A DNA stretch of 43,600 bases from Candidatus Peribacteria bacterium RIFCSPHIGHO2_02_FULL_53_20 (GCA_001787585.1 MFXW01000005.1:1-43600); one strand, 5' to 3'; counted from the stretch's first letter, positions 9,346-18,679 are shown. Notes: generated from the sequence alone by a model not told the origin. Translations and numbers: made by a program.

Positions 9346-9352
9346 TTAAGCT

Positions 9353-12300
9353 ATGCCTATTATCGACAACAATTCACAGACAATGCACGATGCGCTAATC
9401 AATGCACTCACAAGTGTAGATAGGGTAGATATTGAAGTAGGTTATTTTTATTTCTCAGGCTGGAAACTTCTTGCTGAACAACTCAGGGACAAAAAGATTC
9501 GCCTTCTGGTCGGTAAATATATTGACCCGGAGGCTATACCTGAACTTCTTTCAAAGATGAAACAGGAAGGAACGGATGTTGATCTCGATGCCTTCCAGTC
9601 GAGAAAGCCCATCCTATCTCGTGTGGCAAAGAAGCAAACCTACGTAAAGAGTTTTGTGAAGTTGTCTAATGAGTCTTCTCTGCTTGATGAAAGTGACAAT
9701 CAAGACGCCTATGGAATATTAGAGAGCAAAATCGCAGACGGCTCTCTTGAGATTAAAATCACCGCAAAACAGGAGCATGGAAAGATGTATATCTTGCACA
9801 ATAAGCCAAATTTCAGCCAGAACGGAGATTATCCCGGAACGGTATTTATGGGATCGAGTAATTTTACATTCCAGGGGCTACTCAATCAGGGGGAGTTAAA
9901 TGACCGCTATAGCGATAAGGAAAAATATACGAGTTATGTACAGAAATTTGAGTCCATGTGGTCTAACGCCGAGAATATTGATATCGCCACTTTGGATAAT
10001 AAGGATGAATTGCTCGATCAATTTAAAAAAGAGTTATGGGTTCATGCCTGTCCTACCCCCTATTCGGTGTACGTAAGAGTGCTGCATGAAATTTTTGGAA
10101 AAGAGGTCGATCAGAAAATCAAAACACCTGCGAAGATCACTCATGAAAAGTACGTGGATTTGGAATATCAAATTGATGCCATAAAATCTGTGATGGATAA
10201 GCTCCGGAAGTATGACGGTGTGATCGTGGCGGATGTTGTCGGTCTTGGGAAAAGCATTATTGCTTCTGCTGCCGCACATAACTTGGATTTGAATGCCATC
10301 ATTATCGCTCCTCCTCATTTGCGAGAGCAATGGGATGATTATCAAGCTGATTTTAAATTACCCGGTGCAAGATTCTACAGCTCCGGAGCGATTGCCGATG
10401 TCTATGAGAAGTTCAAAAACAATAATCAACCGCTGCTCATTATTCTTGATGAGGCACATAGATACAGGAACGAAGACACTGACGATTACCGAATGTTGCA
10501 CCACATTTGCAACAGCCACTCTGAAAATAAGGTTATTCTGTTAACGGCTACACCATTTAACAATGATCCAAAAGATGTATTTGCTCTCGTGAAGTTATTC
10601 CAAATACCGGGACAGTCCACCATTCGCTCAGTGGATAATCTCAGTTTACGTTTTAGAGAACTAATCGACAGGTACAAAAAGTTAAATCGTGACAGAAGAA
10701 CCGGAAAGATAGATCAAGCTGGCATTGATAAGGAGGCGGATGAGATATCCCTTGAATTACGTCGTTTAATCGAGAATATCGTCATACGGAGATCTCGTTT
10801 GGATTTGAAAGAGATCACGAGATATAGAGAAGACTTGGAAAGGCAGCACATAGATTTTGCAGATGTAGAAGGACCGGAGCTTCTGCAATATGACCTTGGG
10901 GATCTTTTGGATTTGTATTTGAGTACATTACTCAAAATTACCTCAGAAGATGAAGAAAACAGATTTGTGGGCGCTCGTTATAAGCCAGCCACATACATCA
11001 AAAACAGAGATGAGTTCATCAAATTGTATGGGAAGGATTTGGATGAGAGTGATCTGCAAACCGCTCAGACCAACTTGTCGAAGTTTATGAAGCGGCTTCT
11101 CGTGATGCGCTTTGAAAGCTCAAAGGATGCGTTTCGATCAACTTTGAAAAACATTATCGCTTCTCACCAGCTTATCGAGGACTGGTGGCATAAAGTGAAG
11201 AAGGTTCCGATCATGAAGAAGGGCAAAATACCTGATCCAGAATCAGTTTTGCTTACATCGGATGATAATCTGGACGAGGAAATAAAAGAACAGACGGACG
11301 ATACAGAACTTGAAAATCTAAAAGTCACGAAGGGACTTATCGCAGTTGATCGATCACTTATTGACCCGAAATTTATTGAGGACGTTTCTAATGATAAGAA
11401 GTTGCTCGAGGAAATACATGACAATTGGTTTGGGAAAGAGGCTGAAAAGCACAGGGAATTTGATCCTAAGCTTGATGAAGTGAAAAGTAGAATCGAGGAT
11501 CTTCTAAAAGATAATCCGTTGAGGAAGATCGTAATATTCTCTTCGTATGCCGATACCGTGAATTATTTGTTCAATGAATTGATTAAGCGCGGCATGCAAC
11601 GAGTGATCAAATACACTGCTGCGGATAGCAGTAAGGAGACAAAAAAAATCCTTCGAAAGAATTTTGATGCAGGCATCAAGGAAGAGGAGAAGGCTGATGA
11701 CTATGACGTTTTAATTGCAACAGATGCCCTCAGCGAGGGATACAACCTTCATCGGGCAGGCATCGTCATCAACTATGATATTCCGTACAATCCGACAAGG
11801 GTTATACAAAGAGTCGGTCGCATCAATCGTATTAACAAAAGAGTGTTCGACAAGCTCGGTGTCTATAACTGCTTCCCGACGGAGACAGGTGAATCAGAGA
11901 TTCGGGTGAAGCAGATTTCTACCTTAAAAATGCGTCTGATCAATGCCGTTGTTGGAAGTGATACAAAAACACTGACTGATGATGAAAAACTGCAAAGCTT
12001 CTTCAAGGATGAGTACCAGAAAGCTGAATCGGAAAACGAAATTATTTCATGGGACACGCCCCATAGAGAGGCATATGAGCAAGCGAAGAAAGACAAGCAT
12101 TCATTCGAGGAAGCCTTAGGCATTAAGCCACGCAGCCGTGTCATTCGTACTGGGCAGAAGAAGGAAGCCGTCGTTGCATTCGGCAAGAAAGGCGAACATG
12201 CCGTCTTTGCCCTTAAGGAAGAGTTGGCGCCGGCGATAGTTGCTGCGGAATTGGCATTGAATTATTTTGTTGCCAAAAAGGAAGAGGAGGGAAAGGAAGC

Positions 12301-12661
12301 AGATAAACAGTATGATGCAGTTTTTAAGATCGTACGAGACACGTTATTTGAAAAGCATCCATTGCCTGTTATTCGAGGAAGAAGATCTGATGCACTGAAT
12401 GTCGTAAAATTGATTGAAGAGAAAATGCCGAAAGCCAGAGATTACTGTCGTGATCTGGCTCAGATTATAAAAAAGTATGATGGCATTAGTGACGGTGATC
12501 TGAAATTGATTGCGAAGCTTAAACTGGAAGATGTACCTAGGGCGTATGAGGAACTGAGGATCGCTGTGCCAGAGCACCATATTGCTGCAATCAATGAGCG
12601 TGTTGCCCGCCTAGAAGGCGAATATGAAACAATTGTTCTTAGTGAAGAACTTCGCACATGA
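9353..12661 (+). CDS. PLD-family nuclease domain fused to SNF2/DEAH-type helicase (1102 aa)
   Basis: N-terminal PLD: ...EHGKMYILHNK...VFMGSSNFTFQGL (HxK...GSxN). Helicase motifs ADVVGLGKS (I), ILDEAHRYRN (II), LLTATPFNN (III), ATDALSEGYNLH, YNPTRVIQRVGRINR (VI). Confidence 0.9.
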   Translation: MPIIDNNSQTMHDALINALTSVDRVDIEVGYFYFSGWKLLAEQLRDKKIRLLVGKYIDPEAIPELLSKMKQEGTDVDLDAFQSRKPILSRVAKKQTYVKSFVKLSNESSLLDESDNQDAYGILESKIADGSLEIKITAKQEHGKMYILHNKPNFSQNGDYPGTVFMGSSNFTFQGLLNQGELNDRYSDKEKYTSYVQKFESMWSNAENIDIATLDNKDELLDQFKKELWVHACPTPYSVYVRVLHEIFGKEVDQKIKTPAKITHEKYVDLEYQIDAIKSVMDKLRKYDGVIVADVVGLGKSIIASAAAHNLDLNAIIIAPPHLREQWDDYQADFKLPGARFYSSGAIADVYEKFKNNNQPLLIILDEAHRYRNEDTDDYRMLHHICNSHSENKVILLTATPFNNDPKDVFALVKLFQIPGQSTIRSVDNLSLRFRELIDRYKKLNRDRRTGKIDQAGIDKEADEISLELRRLIENIVIRRSRLDLKEITRYREDLERQHIDFADVEGPELLQYDLGDLLDLYLSTLLKITSEDEENRFVGARYKPATYIKNRDEFIKLYGKDLDESDLQTAQTNLSKFMKRLLVMRFESSKDAFRSTLKNIIASHQLIEDWWHKVKKVPIMKKGKIPDPESVLLTSDDNLDEEIKEQTDDTELENLKVTKGLIAVDRSLIDPKFIEDVSNDKKLLEEIHDNWFGKEAEKHREFDPKLDEVKSRIEDLLKDNPLRKIVIFSSYADTVNYLFNELIKRGMQRVIKYTAADSSKETKKILRKNFDAGIKEEEKADDYDVLIATDALSEGYNLHRAGIVINYDIPYNPTRVIQRVGRINRINKRVFDKLGVYNCFPTETGESEIRVKQISTLKMRLINAVVGSDTKTLTDDEKLQSFFKDEYQKAESENEIISWDTPHREAYEQAKKDKHSFEEALGIKPRSRVIRTGQKKEAVVAFGKKGEHAVFALKEELAPAIVAAELALNYFVAKKEEEGKEADKQYDAVFKIVRDTLFEKHPLPVIRGRRSDALNVVKLIEEKMPKARDYCRDLAQIIKKYDGISDGDLKLIAKLKLEDVPRAYEELRIAVPEHHIAAINERVARLEGEYETIVLSEELRT

Positions 12662-15600
12662 ATCTGCAAACCGCTTATGATCGGGATACATACCTCGAAT
12701 TCCTCCGAACGTTTGTTCCGGGCTTCAAAGAGGACATCCGCAGTGCGGTGGCTGATAAGCTACAAGTGACGTCGAAAGCTTATTTTCTCGGGGAATCGGA
12801 AGACTTAGATTTATCTGTGTTTGAAATTACGCATTCATCGAGCACTGACGCTCGTGTATCGCTTTCAATGGACGGTTTCAAGCTAATGAAAACCAGCGCA
12901 ACATATCGAGCACTGATCGTCTATCGTTCTGAAAATAGCGAAGACTGGCGCTTTTCTCTCATGACAGCAACGCCGGATCTCGATGAGAAGGGAAAGGTGG
13001 TACGCAAACTTTCTAATCCGCGTAGATTCTCGTTTTTCCTAGGACCGAATGCCAAAATCAACACTCCGAAACGATTTTTGATCAAAGAAGGACCGGTAAG
13101 TGACTTTGCAGATTTACAGAATCGGTTCTCGCTGGAGGTGGTCAACAAGGAGTTCTATAAACAAATATCTGAAAAGTTCACACAGTTAGTTGGCGGTACA
13201 TTGGGAACCGGTAAGAAACAGAAAACCTACGAACCACTCATCAAATTACCTTCTCAATCTTCAAAAAGTCAGGAAAATATGGAGTTTGGCGTCCGACTGA
13301 TAGGACGCATTATTTTCTGCTGGTTCCTGCGTGAGAAGAAAAGCAAAAACAATCTTTCGTTGATGCCAGCGGAGTTACTTTCAAGCGGAGCAGTGTCAAA
13401 AAATTCTCATTATTACCATTCGATCCTCGAACCGATATTTTTTGAAGTACTCAATAAAGAACAGCGATCACGCCGGGAGGAATTTTCCGGCGAATCGTAC
13501 TCACTTATTCCGTATCTAAACGGAGGGCTATTCTCGCCACATAAAGATGACTACTACCAACGTCCGAATGGCGAGCAGTCGATTTTCCACAACACGCTTG
13601 TTATCCCTGATGCTTGGCTGAAGGAACTCTTTGAAATTCTGGAGACGTACAACTTCACTATTGACGAAAACACGAGTTTTGACGAAGAACTTTCCATTGA
13701 CCCGGAAATGCTTGGGCGCATCTTTGAAAACCTCCTTGCAGAGATCAATCCGGAAACCGGAGAATCGGCCCGTAAAAGCACAGGAAGCTACTACACGCCG
13801 CGTGTGATTGTTGATTATATGGTAGACGAAAGCCTCCTGCTCTATTTGCAGGAACACACGAAAATCCCCGAAGAAAAACTCCGAGCCGTTGTCAGTTACG
13901 ATTTAAGTGATGATGCGGAGTACAAGCTGACTGAGGAAGAAAAAAAGCTGGTTGTTCAAAGTTTAGGCAAGCTAAAACTACTCGACCCTGCTTGTGGCTC
14001 TGGCGCATTTCCTATCGGCGCACTGCAGAAGATTGTATTCATCCTTCAGCAGGTAGACCCAGATGGTAAGCACTGGTTGCAGAAACAACTGGAGAATGCA
14101 CATCCAGAATTCCGAAGGGATATTGAAAAGAAATTCTCCAATAGGGAACTGGATTTTCTTAGAAAGCTAGGAATTATTCGTGAGTGCATCTTCGGTGTAG
14201 ATATACAACCGATAGCGACTGAGATTGCACGGTTGCGCTGTTTCCTTACGCTTATCGTCGATGAACGCATTGATGATAAGGCAGAGAATCGAGGAATAAA
14301 GCCATTACCAAACCTCGACTTCAAATTTGTAACAGCAAATAGTCTCATTAATCTGCCTAAATTGGAGGAATCAATCCAATCAGCCATGTTTGATGATCAG
14401 CAAGGGATCAGCGATCTGAAAACAATTCGCGATCAATACTTCAATGCGTATGGTTTAGAAAGGGAACAGTTAAAAACTGAATTTATAACGGCACAGAAGC
14501 GGCTTGTAGATAAACTTGTGGAAGAGCATGGATATATGGGTGTTGCAAAGGCAGAATTAACCCAGAAACTCACAAGCTGGGAACCGTTTAGTCATAGTTC
14601 ATCTGGGTGGTTTGATCCTGAATGGATGTTCGGAATAAGTGATGGATTTAATATTGTGATTGCGAATCCTCCGTATGTTGATTCTGAATCCATGGCAAAA
14701 AATTATTCAGAACAACGCGAAAAATATAAAGACATTTTTGAAACTACAAAAGGAAACTGGGACCTATTTGTTCCTTTTATTGAAAGAGGATTCAATCTAA
14801 TAAATAAGGTCGGGTATTTATCGTATATAATCCCCAATAAACTGATTGCGGCAAAATATGCTATTGTCCTTAGAGAGTTCATATCTACAAAGATGGTTAG
14901 TGAAATTAGGGACTATTCAAGGTTACCTGTATTTGTGGAGGCTGATGTCTATCCCGTAACTCTCACAGCTGGGAATTCATCACCAAACAATGATGACAAA
15001 ACAAATTTCGCAACTATGGGGGCATTGGATCGGGTAAAATTTGCCAACACTTGTAATAGCACGCTCTTAAAAGATCATTCATATTGGGACATCTTTTTTT
15101 ATGAAGAAAAGATTTTTAAACTTCTCATAAAGTTACTGAGCCATACCAAATTGAAAAAGAATGGAGTTTCATTACTTGGTGCAGCGACAGTCGATGAAGC
15201 CTACAAAATAAAGAATTTAATTTGTGATTCTGAAGATACTAATCTAGCAATGAAGATGGTTAATACGGGTACTATTGATAAGTATCAATCTTTGTGGGGC
15301 GTTCGAGAAATGCAATACTTAAAGCAGAAATACAAGAACCCCATTGTTAAAAAAGAAGATATTCAGAAACTGAGCTCGACTCGTCTATCTCAGGCTGAAT
15401 CAAGAAAAATAATTATTGCTGGCATGAGCAATAAGATTGAAGCATATTATGACGATGGAGAATATTTAGCTGGTAAGTCTACAAGCATAATATTGGGTGA
15501 GCGAGAAATTTTATTGACACTTATAGGAATTCTGAATTCCAAGCTGGTCGATTTTTTTGTAAATCAATATTTCAAATCACTTAAAATGAGCGGTGGCTAT

Positions 15601-15792
15601 ATCAATATAAATAAAGATGTTCTTGAGAACATTCCAATTGCCACAAGGAAAAACGTTCCACTATTAAATTTAGTCAGCAAAATGAATCAATCACCTGACA
15701 ATAACACTAAACAGAGGATTGATCAGATGGTGTATGAACTTTATAAATTGACCCCAGAAGAGATTGAAATTGTTGAAAGTTCCAGCAAGTAG
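12658..15792 (+). CDS. Eco57I/PglX-like gamma-class N6-adenine DNA methyltransferase with C-terminal target-recognition domain (1044 aa)
   Basis: GSYYTPRVIVDYMV, motif I LLDPACGSGAFPIGA, motif IV VIANPPYV, and a TRD-like LIGILNSKLVDFFV. ATGA overlap with the helicase stop at 12658-12661. No PD-ExK motif seen in the N-terminal 200 aa. Confidence 0.9.
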   Translation: MNLQTAYDRDTYLEFLRTFVPGFKEDIRSAVADKLQVTSKAYFLGESEDLDLSVFEITHSSSTDARVSLSMDGFKLMKTSATYRALIVYRSENSEDWRFSLMTATPDLDEKGKVVRKLSNPRRFSFFLGPNAKINTPKRFLIKEGPVSDFADLQNRFSLEVVNKEFYKQISEKFTQLVGGTLGTGKKQKTYEPLIKLPSQSSKSQENMEFGVRLIGRIIFCWFLREKKSKNNLSLMPAELLSSGAVSKNSHYYHSILEPIFFEVLNKEQRSRREEFSGESYSLIPYLNGGLFSPHKDDYYQRPNGEQSIFHNTLVIPDAWLKELFEILETYNFTIDENTSFDEELSIDPEMLGRIFENLLAEINPETGESARKSTGSYYTPRVIVDYMVDESLLLYLQEHTKIPEEKLRAVVSYDLSDDAEYKLTEEEKKLVVQSLGKLKLLDPACGSGAFPIGALQKIVFILQQVDPDGKHWLQKQLENAHPEFRRDIEKKFSNRELDFLRKLGIIRECIFGVDIQPIATEIARLRCFLTLIVDERIDDKAENRGIKPLPNLDFKFVTANSLINLPKLEESIQSAMFDDQQGISDLKTIRDQYFNAYGLEREQLKTEFITAQKRLVDKLVEEHGYMGVAKAELTQKLTSWEPFSHSSSGWFDPEWMFGISDGFNIVIANPPYVDSESMAKNYSEQREKYKDIFETTKGNWDLFVPFIERGFNLINKVGYLSYIIPNKLIAAKYAIVLREFISTKMVSEIRDYSRLPVFVEADVYPVTLTAGNSSPNNDDKTNFATMGALDRVKFANTCNSTLLKDHSYWDIFFYEEKIFKLLIKLLSHTKLKKNGVSLLGAATVDEAYKIKNLICDSEDTNLAMKMVNTGTIDKYQSLWGVREMQYLKQKYKNPIVKKEDIQKLSSTRLSQAESRKIIIAGMSNKIEAYYDDGEYLAGKSTSIILGEREILLTLIGILNSKLVDFFVNQYFKSLKMSGGYININKDVLENIPIATRKNVPLLNLVSKMNQSPDNNTKQRIDQMVYELYKLTPEEIEIVESSSK

Positions 15793-15793
15793 C

Positions 15794-16717
15794 ATGGCAA
15801 GTCCTAATCCAACAAAACATCAGCACTTTGTGCCTCTCTTTTATCTTAAGAATTTTGCTGACAATGACGGGTATCTTGATGTGCTCAATATCAAAGAAAA
15901 AAGGATGGCAAAACGACGACCATATCAGGGACTGGGTTATGAATATTACTACTACGCAGTCAATACCGGCATGCCCGATGATACGTCGCAACAGGTTGAG
16001 GAATGGTTGAAGCCAACTGAAGATTATCTTGCCAAGCAACTACCGAGAATCATTGATGTAATACTTCAAAATCAGCAGATAGAAGACAATGACCGATATA
16101 TTCTTGCTGTATTAATGAGCATGCTCTGGTTGAGAACCCCGAGTATGAGAAACGATATACAACAAACGGAAGACCAGATGGTCGAGCAGATAAAGAGATT
16201 GCACGGAACAGAATATGCCAATCAATTGAGAAGTACGGACAACATCACGCATCTCAAATTCATGGTCGAAACATTGGGCTTTGGTGGCCCAGGCTTCACA
16301 AATCTCTTTTTCTCCATGAAATGGAAAGCGTACATCGCACGGGGAAAAGAAGTTTTTATTACATCGGACTCACCTGTTGTTGAAAAATTTCCGCCACCAA
16401 CCAGTTTCTGGGGAGCACATTCCTTTTTAGAAAGGAATAAGTATTTTGCTCTTACTCCAGATATTCTTTTTGAGTTAACTGAGCCAGTTGGATCTACCAA
16501 AGTTAGGCGTAAGACTATCTATGAAGAAGACGATGACATTGTCAAAACTCTAAACATGATTCTTATAAGTGGTGCTCAAGATTATGCATATTCAGGAAGT
16601 AGAATATGTCTTGATCAGATTTTGGCTGGCAGAAACAATCCTGGATATCTTGAAAAGAAGTATTTGGAACAGTATGAAAAGCCGTGGGCTGAATATCATG
16701 CAAAAATGAGAACATAA
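15794..16717 (+). CDS. DUF4238-like protein
   Basis: N-terminus MASPNPTKHQHFVPLFYLKNF matches the recalled DUF4238 opening (HyvPqfYLrnF). ATG 15794 lies 1 nt after the methylase stop; the track start at 15764 is TTG. Confidence 0.65.
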   Translation: MASPNPTKHQHFVPLFYLKNFADNDGYLDVLNIKEKRMAKRRPYQGLGYEYYYYAVNTGMPDDTSQQVEEWLKPTEDYLAKQLPRIIDVILQNQQIEDNDRYILAVLMSMLWLRTPSMRNDIQQTEDQMVEQIKRLHGTEYANQLRSTDNITHLKFMVETLGFGGPGFTNLFFSMKWKAYIARGKEVFITSDSPVVEKFPPPTSFWGAHSFLERNKYFALTPDILFELTEPVGSTKVRRKTIYEEDDDIVKTLNMILISGAQDYAYSGSRICLDQILAGRNNPGYLEKKYLEQYEKPWAEYHAKMRT

Positions 16718-16847
16718 TAACCAAAAAAGTGGGACAGAGATGGATTGAAAAAATAGCGAAAAATGGAGCGTTCTTCACTCAAAATAACCATGTCGCGCAC
16801 CCGCAACCTCTTCCCGCCTTCGCCCTGCAGAGCTACGATAATCCTGT

Positions 16848-17588
16848 ATGCGAAAGAAAAATATCTTTAATCCGGCGTCTACAGAGCCATACAAGCTCAG
16901 CCGCTCTCGACTGGACCGGTTTCTTAAGTGTCCCTGCTGCTTCTACATGGATCGCAGACTAGGAGTGGATCAAGTATCGGGTCCGGCATTCACGCTCAAT
17001 AGCGCAACGGATACACTTCTGAAGAAAGAATTTGATGTTTGCAGGGCAAAAGGAATACCACACCCTCTCATGAAGAAACATAAAGTGAATGCCATTCCCT
17101 TCAAGCATCCTGATATCGACATATGGAGGGAAAACTTCAAAGGAGTGCAGCATCTTCATAAACCCACTAATCTGCTCATTACGGGGGCAGTGGATGATGT
17201 ATGGGTGGATCCAAAGGGCAACTTGAGCGTTGTGGACTACAAATCGACCAGCACCACCAAAGAAATAGACCTGAATGACGGAACTCCGTGGAAAGACGGC
17301 TACAAGCGTCAGATGGAGATTTACCAGTGGCTACTGCGTCAAAATGGATTCAAGGTGAATGACATTGGATATTTCGTCTATGTGAATGCCGATACGGATC
17401 AAGATGCATTCGACGGAAAATTAGTCTTCGATGAAGAAATCATTGTGCATAAAGGGGACGACAGCTGGGTAGAGCAGGCCATCATCGACGCTCACAAGTG
17501 TCTACGGAGGAAGAAGATACCGAAGGGTTCGGAGGGTTGTGAGTGGTGCGTGTATCGTGCGGATGCTTCAAAAGTTCTCGGCGCTTGA
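16848..17588 (+). CDS. Cas4/RecB-like PD-(D/E)XK nuclease with flanking Cys cluster
   Basis: GAVDDVWV...VVDYKS...QMEIYQWLL (D...DxK...QxxxY). Cysteines at KCPCCFY (N-terminal) and CLRRK...GCEWC (C-terminal), as in Fe-S Cas4-type nucleases. Confidence 0.75.
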   Translation: MRKKNIFNPASTEPYKLSRSRLDRFLKCPCCFYMDRRLGVDQVSGPAFTLNSATDTLLKKEFDVCRAKGIPHPLMKKHKVNAIPFKHPDIDIWRENFKGVQHLHKPTNLLITGAVDDVWVDPKGNLSVVDYKSTSTTKEIDLNDGTPWKDGYKRQMEIYQWLLRQNGFKVNDIGYFVYVNADTDQDAFDGKLVFDEEIIVHKGDDSWVEQAIIDAHKCLRRKKIPKGSEGCEWCVYRADASKVLGA

Positions 17589-17635
17589 TATTGCCGAGAA
17601 TGGTAAAAAATTCCACGTAGTCTTCGATCTGGGAT

Positions 17636-17665
17636 TTGGAGCTCAGTATATTCGGAGTGTATAAT
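17636..17665 (+). promoter_or_regulatory. Candidate sigma70-type promoter for tRNA-Arg (TTGGAG-18 nt-TATAAT)
   Basis: TTGGAG at 17636-17641 and TATAAT at 17660-17665, embedded in the palindrome GTGTATAATACAC, about 80 nt upstream of the tRNA. Confidence 0.3.
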
Positions 17666-17745
17666 ACACACATGTCCACTCTGAGGTTTATGCATCGGCC
17701 CGTTGCCGCCCATAGTGGCTATCAAAGAAGACGGAGGTAAATCAT

Positions 17746-17820
17746 GCCTCCGTAGTTCAACGGAAAGAATGCCCTGGTTCTAACTGGGAGATGTGGGTTC
17801 GATTCCTGCCGGGGGCACCA
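17746..17820 (+). tRNA. tRNA-Arg(UCU): tRNA-Arg, anticodon UCU, genomically encoded CCA
   Basis: Hand-folded cloverleaf. Acceptor GCCTCCG/CGGGGGC (one G.U), D-loop with GG, anticodon loop GTTCTAA, T-arm GTGGG-TTCGATT-CCTGC, then A-CCA. One U.U mismatch in the anticodon stem lowers confidence in the isotype. Confidence 0.72.
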
Positions 17821-17917
17821 AATTCACAGAACAGCAAATCTCTTTGTATTTGAGCTCAATGCCTACTTGTATCAACATCTACTCTAAAAGTAAGGTACTA
17901 TTACCGTTCTAGTAAGT

Positions 17918-18679
17918 ATGACAACATCAGATTCCACAGCACTGGAGAAAATGGAACGACTTCAAACCATTTTATCTAGTGAAAAGAAAGAAAAAGAAAA
18001 GTTTGGAGAAGCACAAAATCTGTATGCTGAGCTTGAAGATTTGATAATTGAAATTGATCCTATAACTCCATACAAAGTTGAATTTATTCGAGGAAGTCCG
18101 ATTCTGTGCAAGACAGACATTTATGCTGGTTATTTCACAGGCATGCTGGATTACAGAGGAAAAGGAGAAATGCAACTAAGGAAAGTAATTGCAAAGCTCA
18201 AGAACAGGGAGTCTTCTTTAGAAAAGAAGACACCAGCCCAGCACTCACCAATGGAAATGGTGATAAGAATTATGAAAAATTTTCGCGCATGTTGTCAATT
18301 TTCTAAGCACCCTACTTCTGAAAAAGAGGTGCAGGATATTTTGTGGATAATGCTTAGAGGTGCTTTCAGCTTAATCAGAGAAGAAACACTTCCAAAGTTT
18401 GCGGCCAAAAGTTATATACCAGACTTTGCAATCCCAGAAGTCAGGGCTTTAGTAGAAGTAAAATTTATTGGAGAAAAGACCCAACCAAAACATATCCAAG
18501 AAGAGATACTTGCTGATATTCAGCCATACCTTAAAAATACTGGGGACTATGAATCCGTGATCGTATTTATTTATGATCATGCGAATAAGATAAAGGATGA
18601 ATCAAAATTTGTATCTGATTTGGAGGCTGTGGAAGGTATTCACTGCGTAATTATCATGCACAGCATAGCATCAACATAA
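17918..18679 (+). CDS. Hypothetical protein with C-terminal PD-(D/E)XK-like nuclease motif
   Basis: EKEVQDILWIML...SYIPDFAIPEVRALVEVKFIG fits E...PD...(E)xK. N-terminal half is coiled-coil-like/unknown. Motif-level call only. Confidence 0.5.
   Translation: MTTSDSTALEKMERLQTILSSEKKEKEKFGEAQNLYAELEDLIIEIDPITPYKVEFIRGSPILCKTDIYAGYFTGMLDYRGKGEMQLRKVIAKLKNRESSLEKKTPAQHSPMEMVIRIMKNFRACCQFSKHPTSEKEVQDILWIMLRGAFSLIREETLPKFAAKSYIPDFAIPEVRALVEVKFIGEKTQPKHIQEEILADIQPYLKNTGDYESVIVFIYDHANKIKDESKFVSDLEAVEGIHCVIIMHSIAST

Noticed and set aside
9353-15792. Calling the helicase/methylase pair a DISARM or BREX system
   Set aside because: No DrmA or DrmB (DUF1998) and no BrxA/B/C/L or PglZ genes are present in the window. 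Only parts-level similarity exists (SNF2, PLD, PglX-like methylase).
17731-17753. 7-bp complement (ACGGAGG / CCTCCGT) between the tRNA-Arg leader and its 5' acceptor strand, considered as an att-site remnant
   Set aside because: It is too short to distinguish from chance, and I found no longer duplicate of either tRNA 3' end in the window. It may simply be a precursor-leader hairpin.
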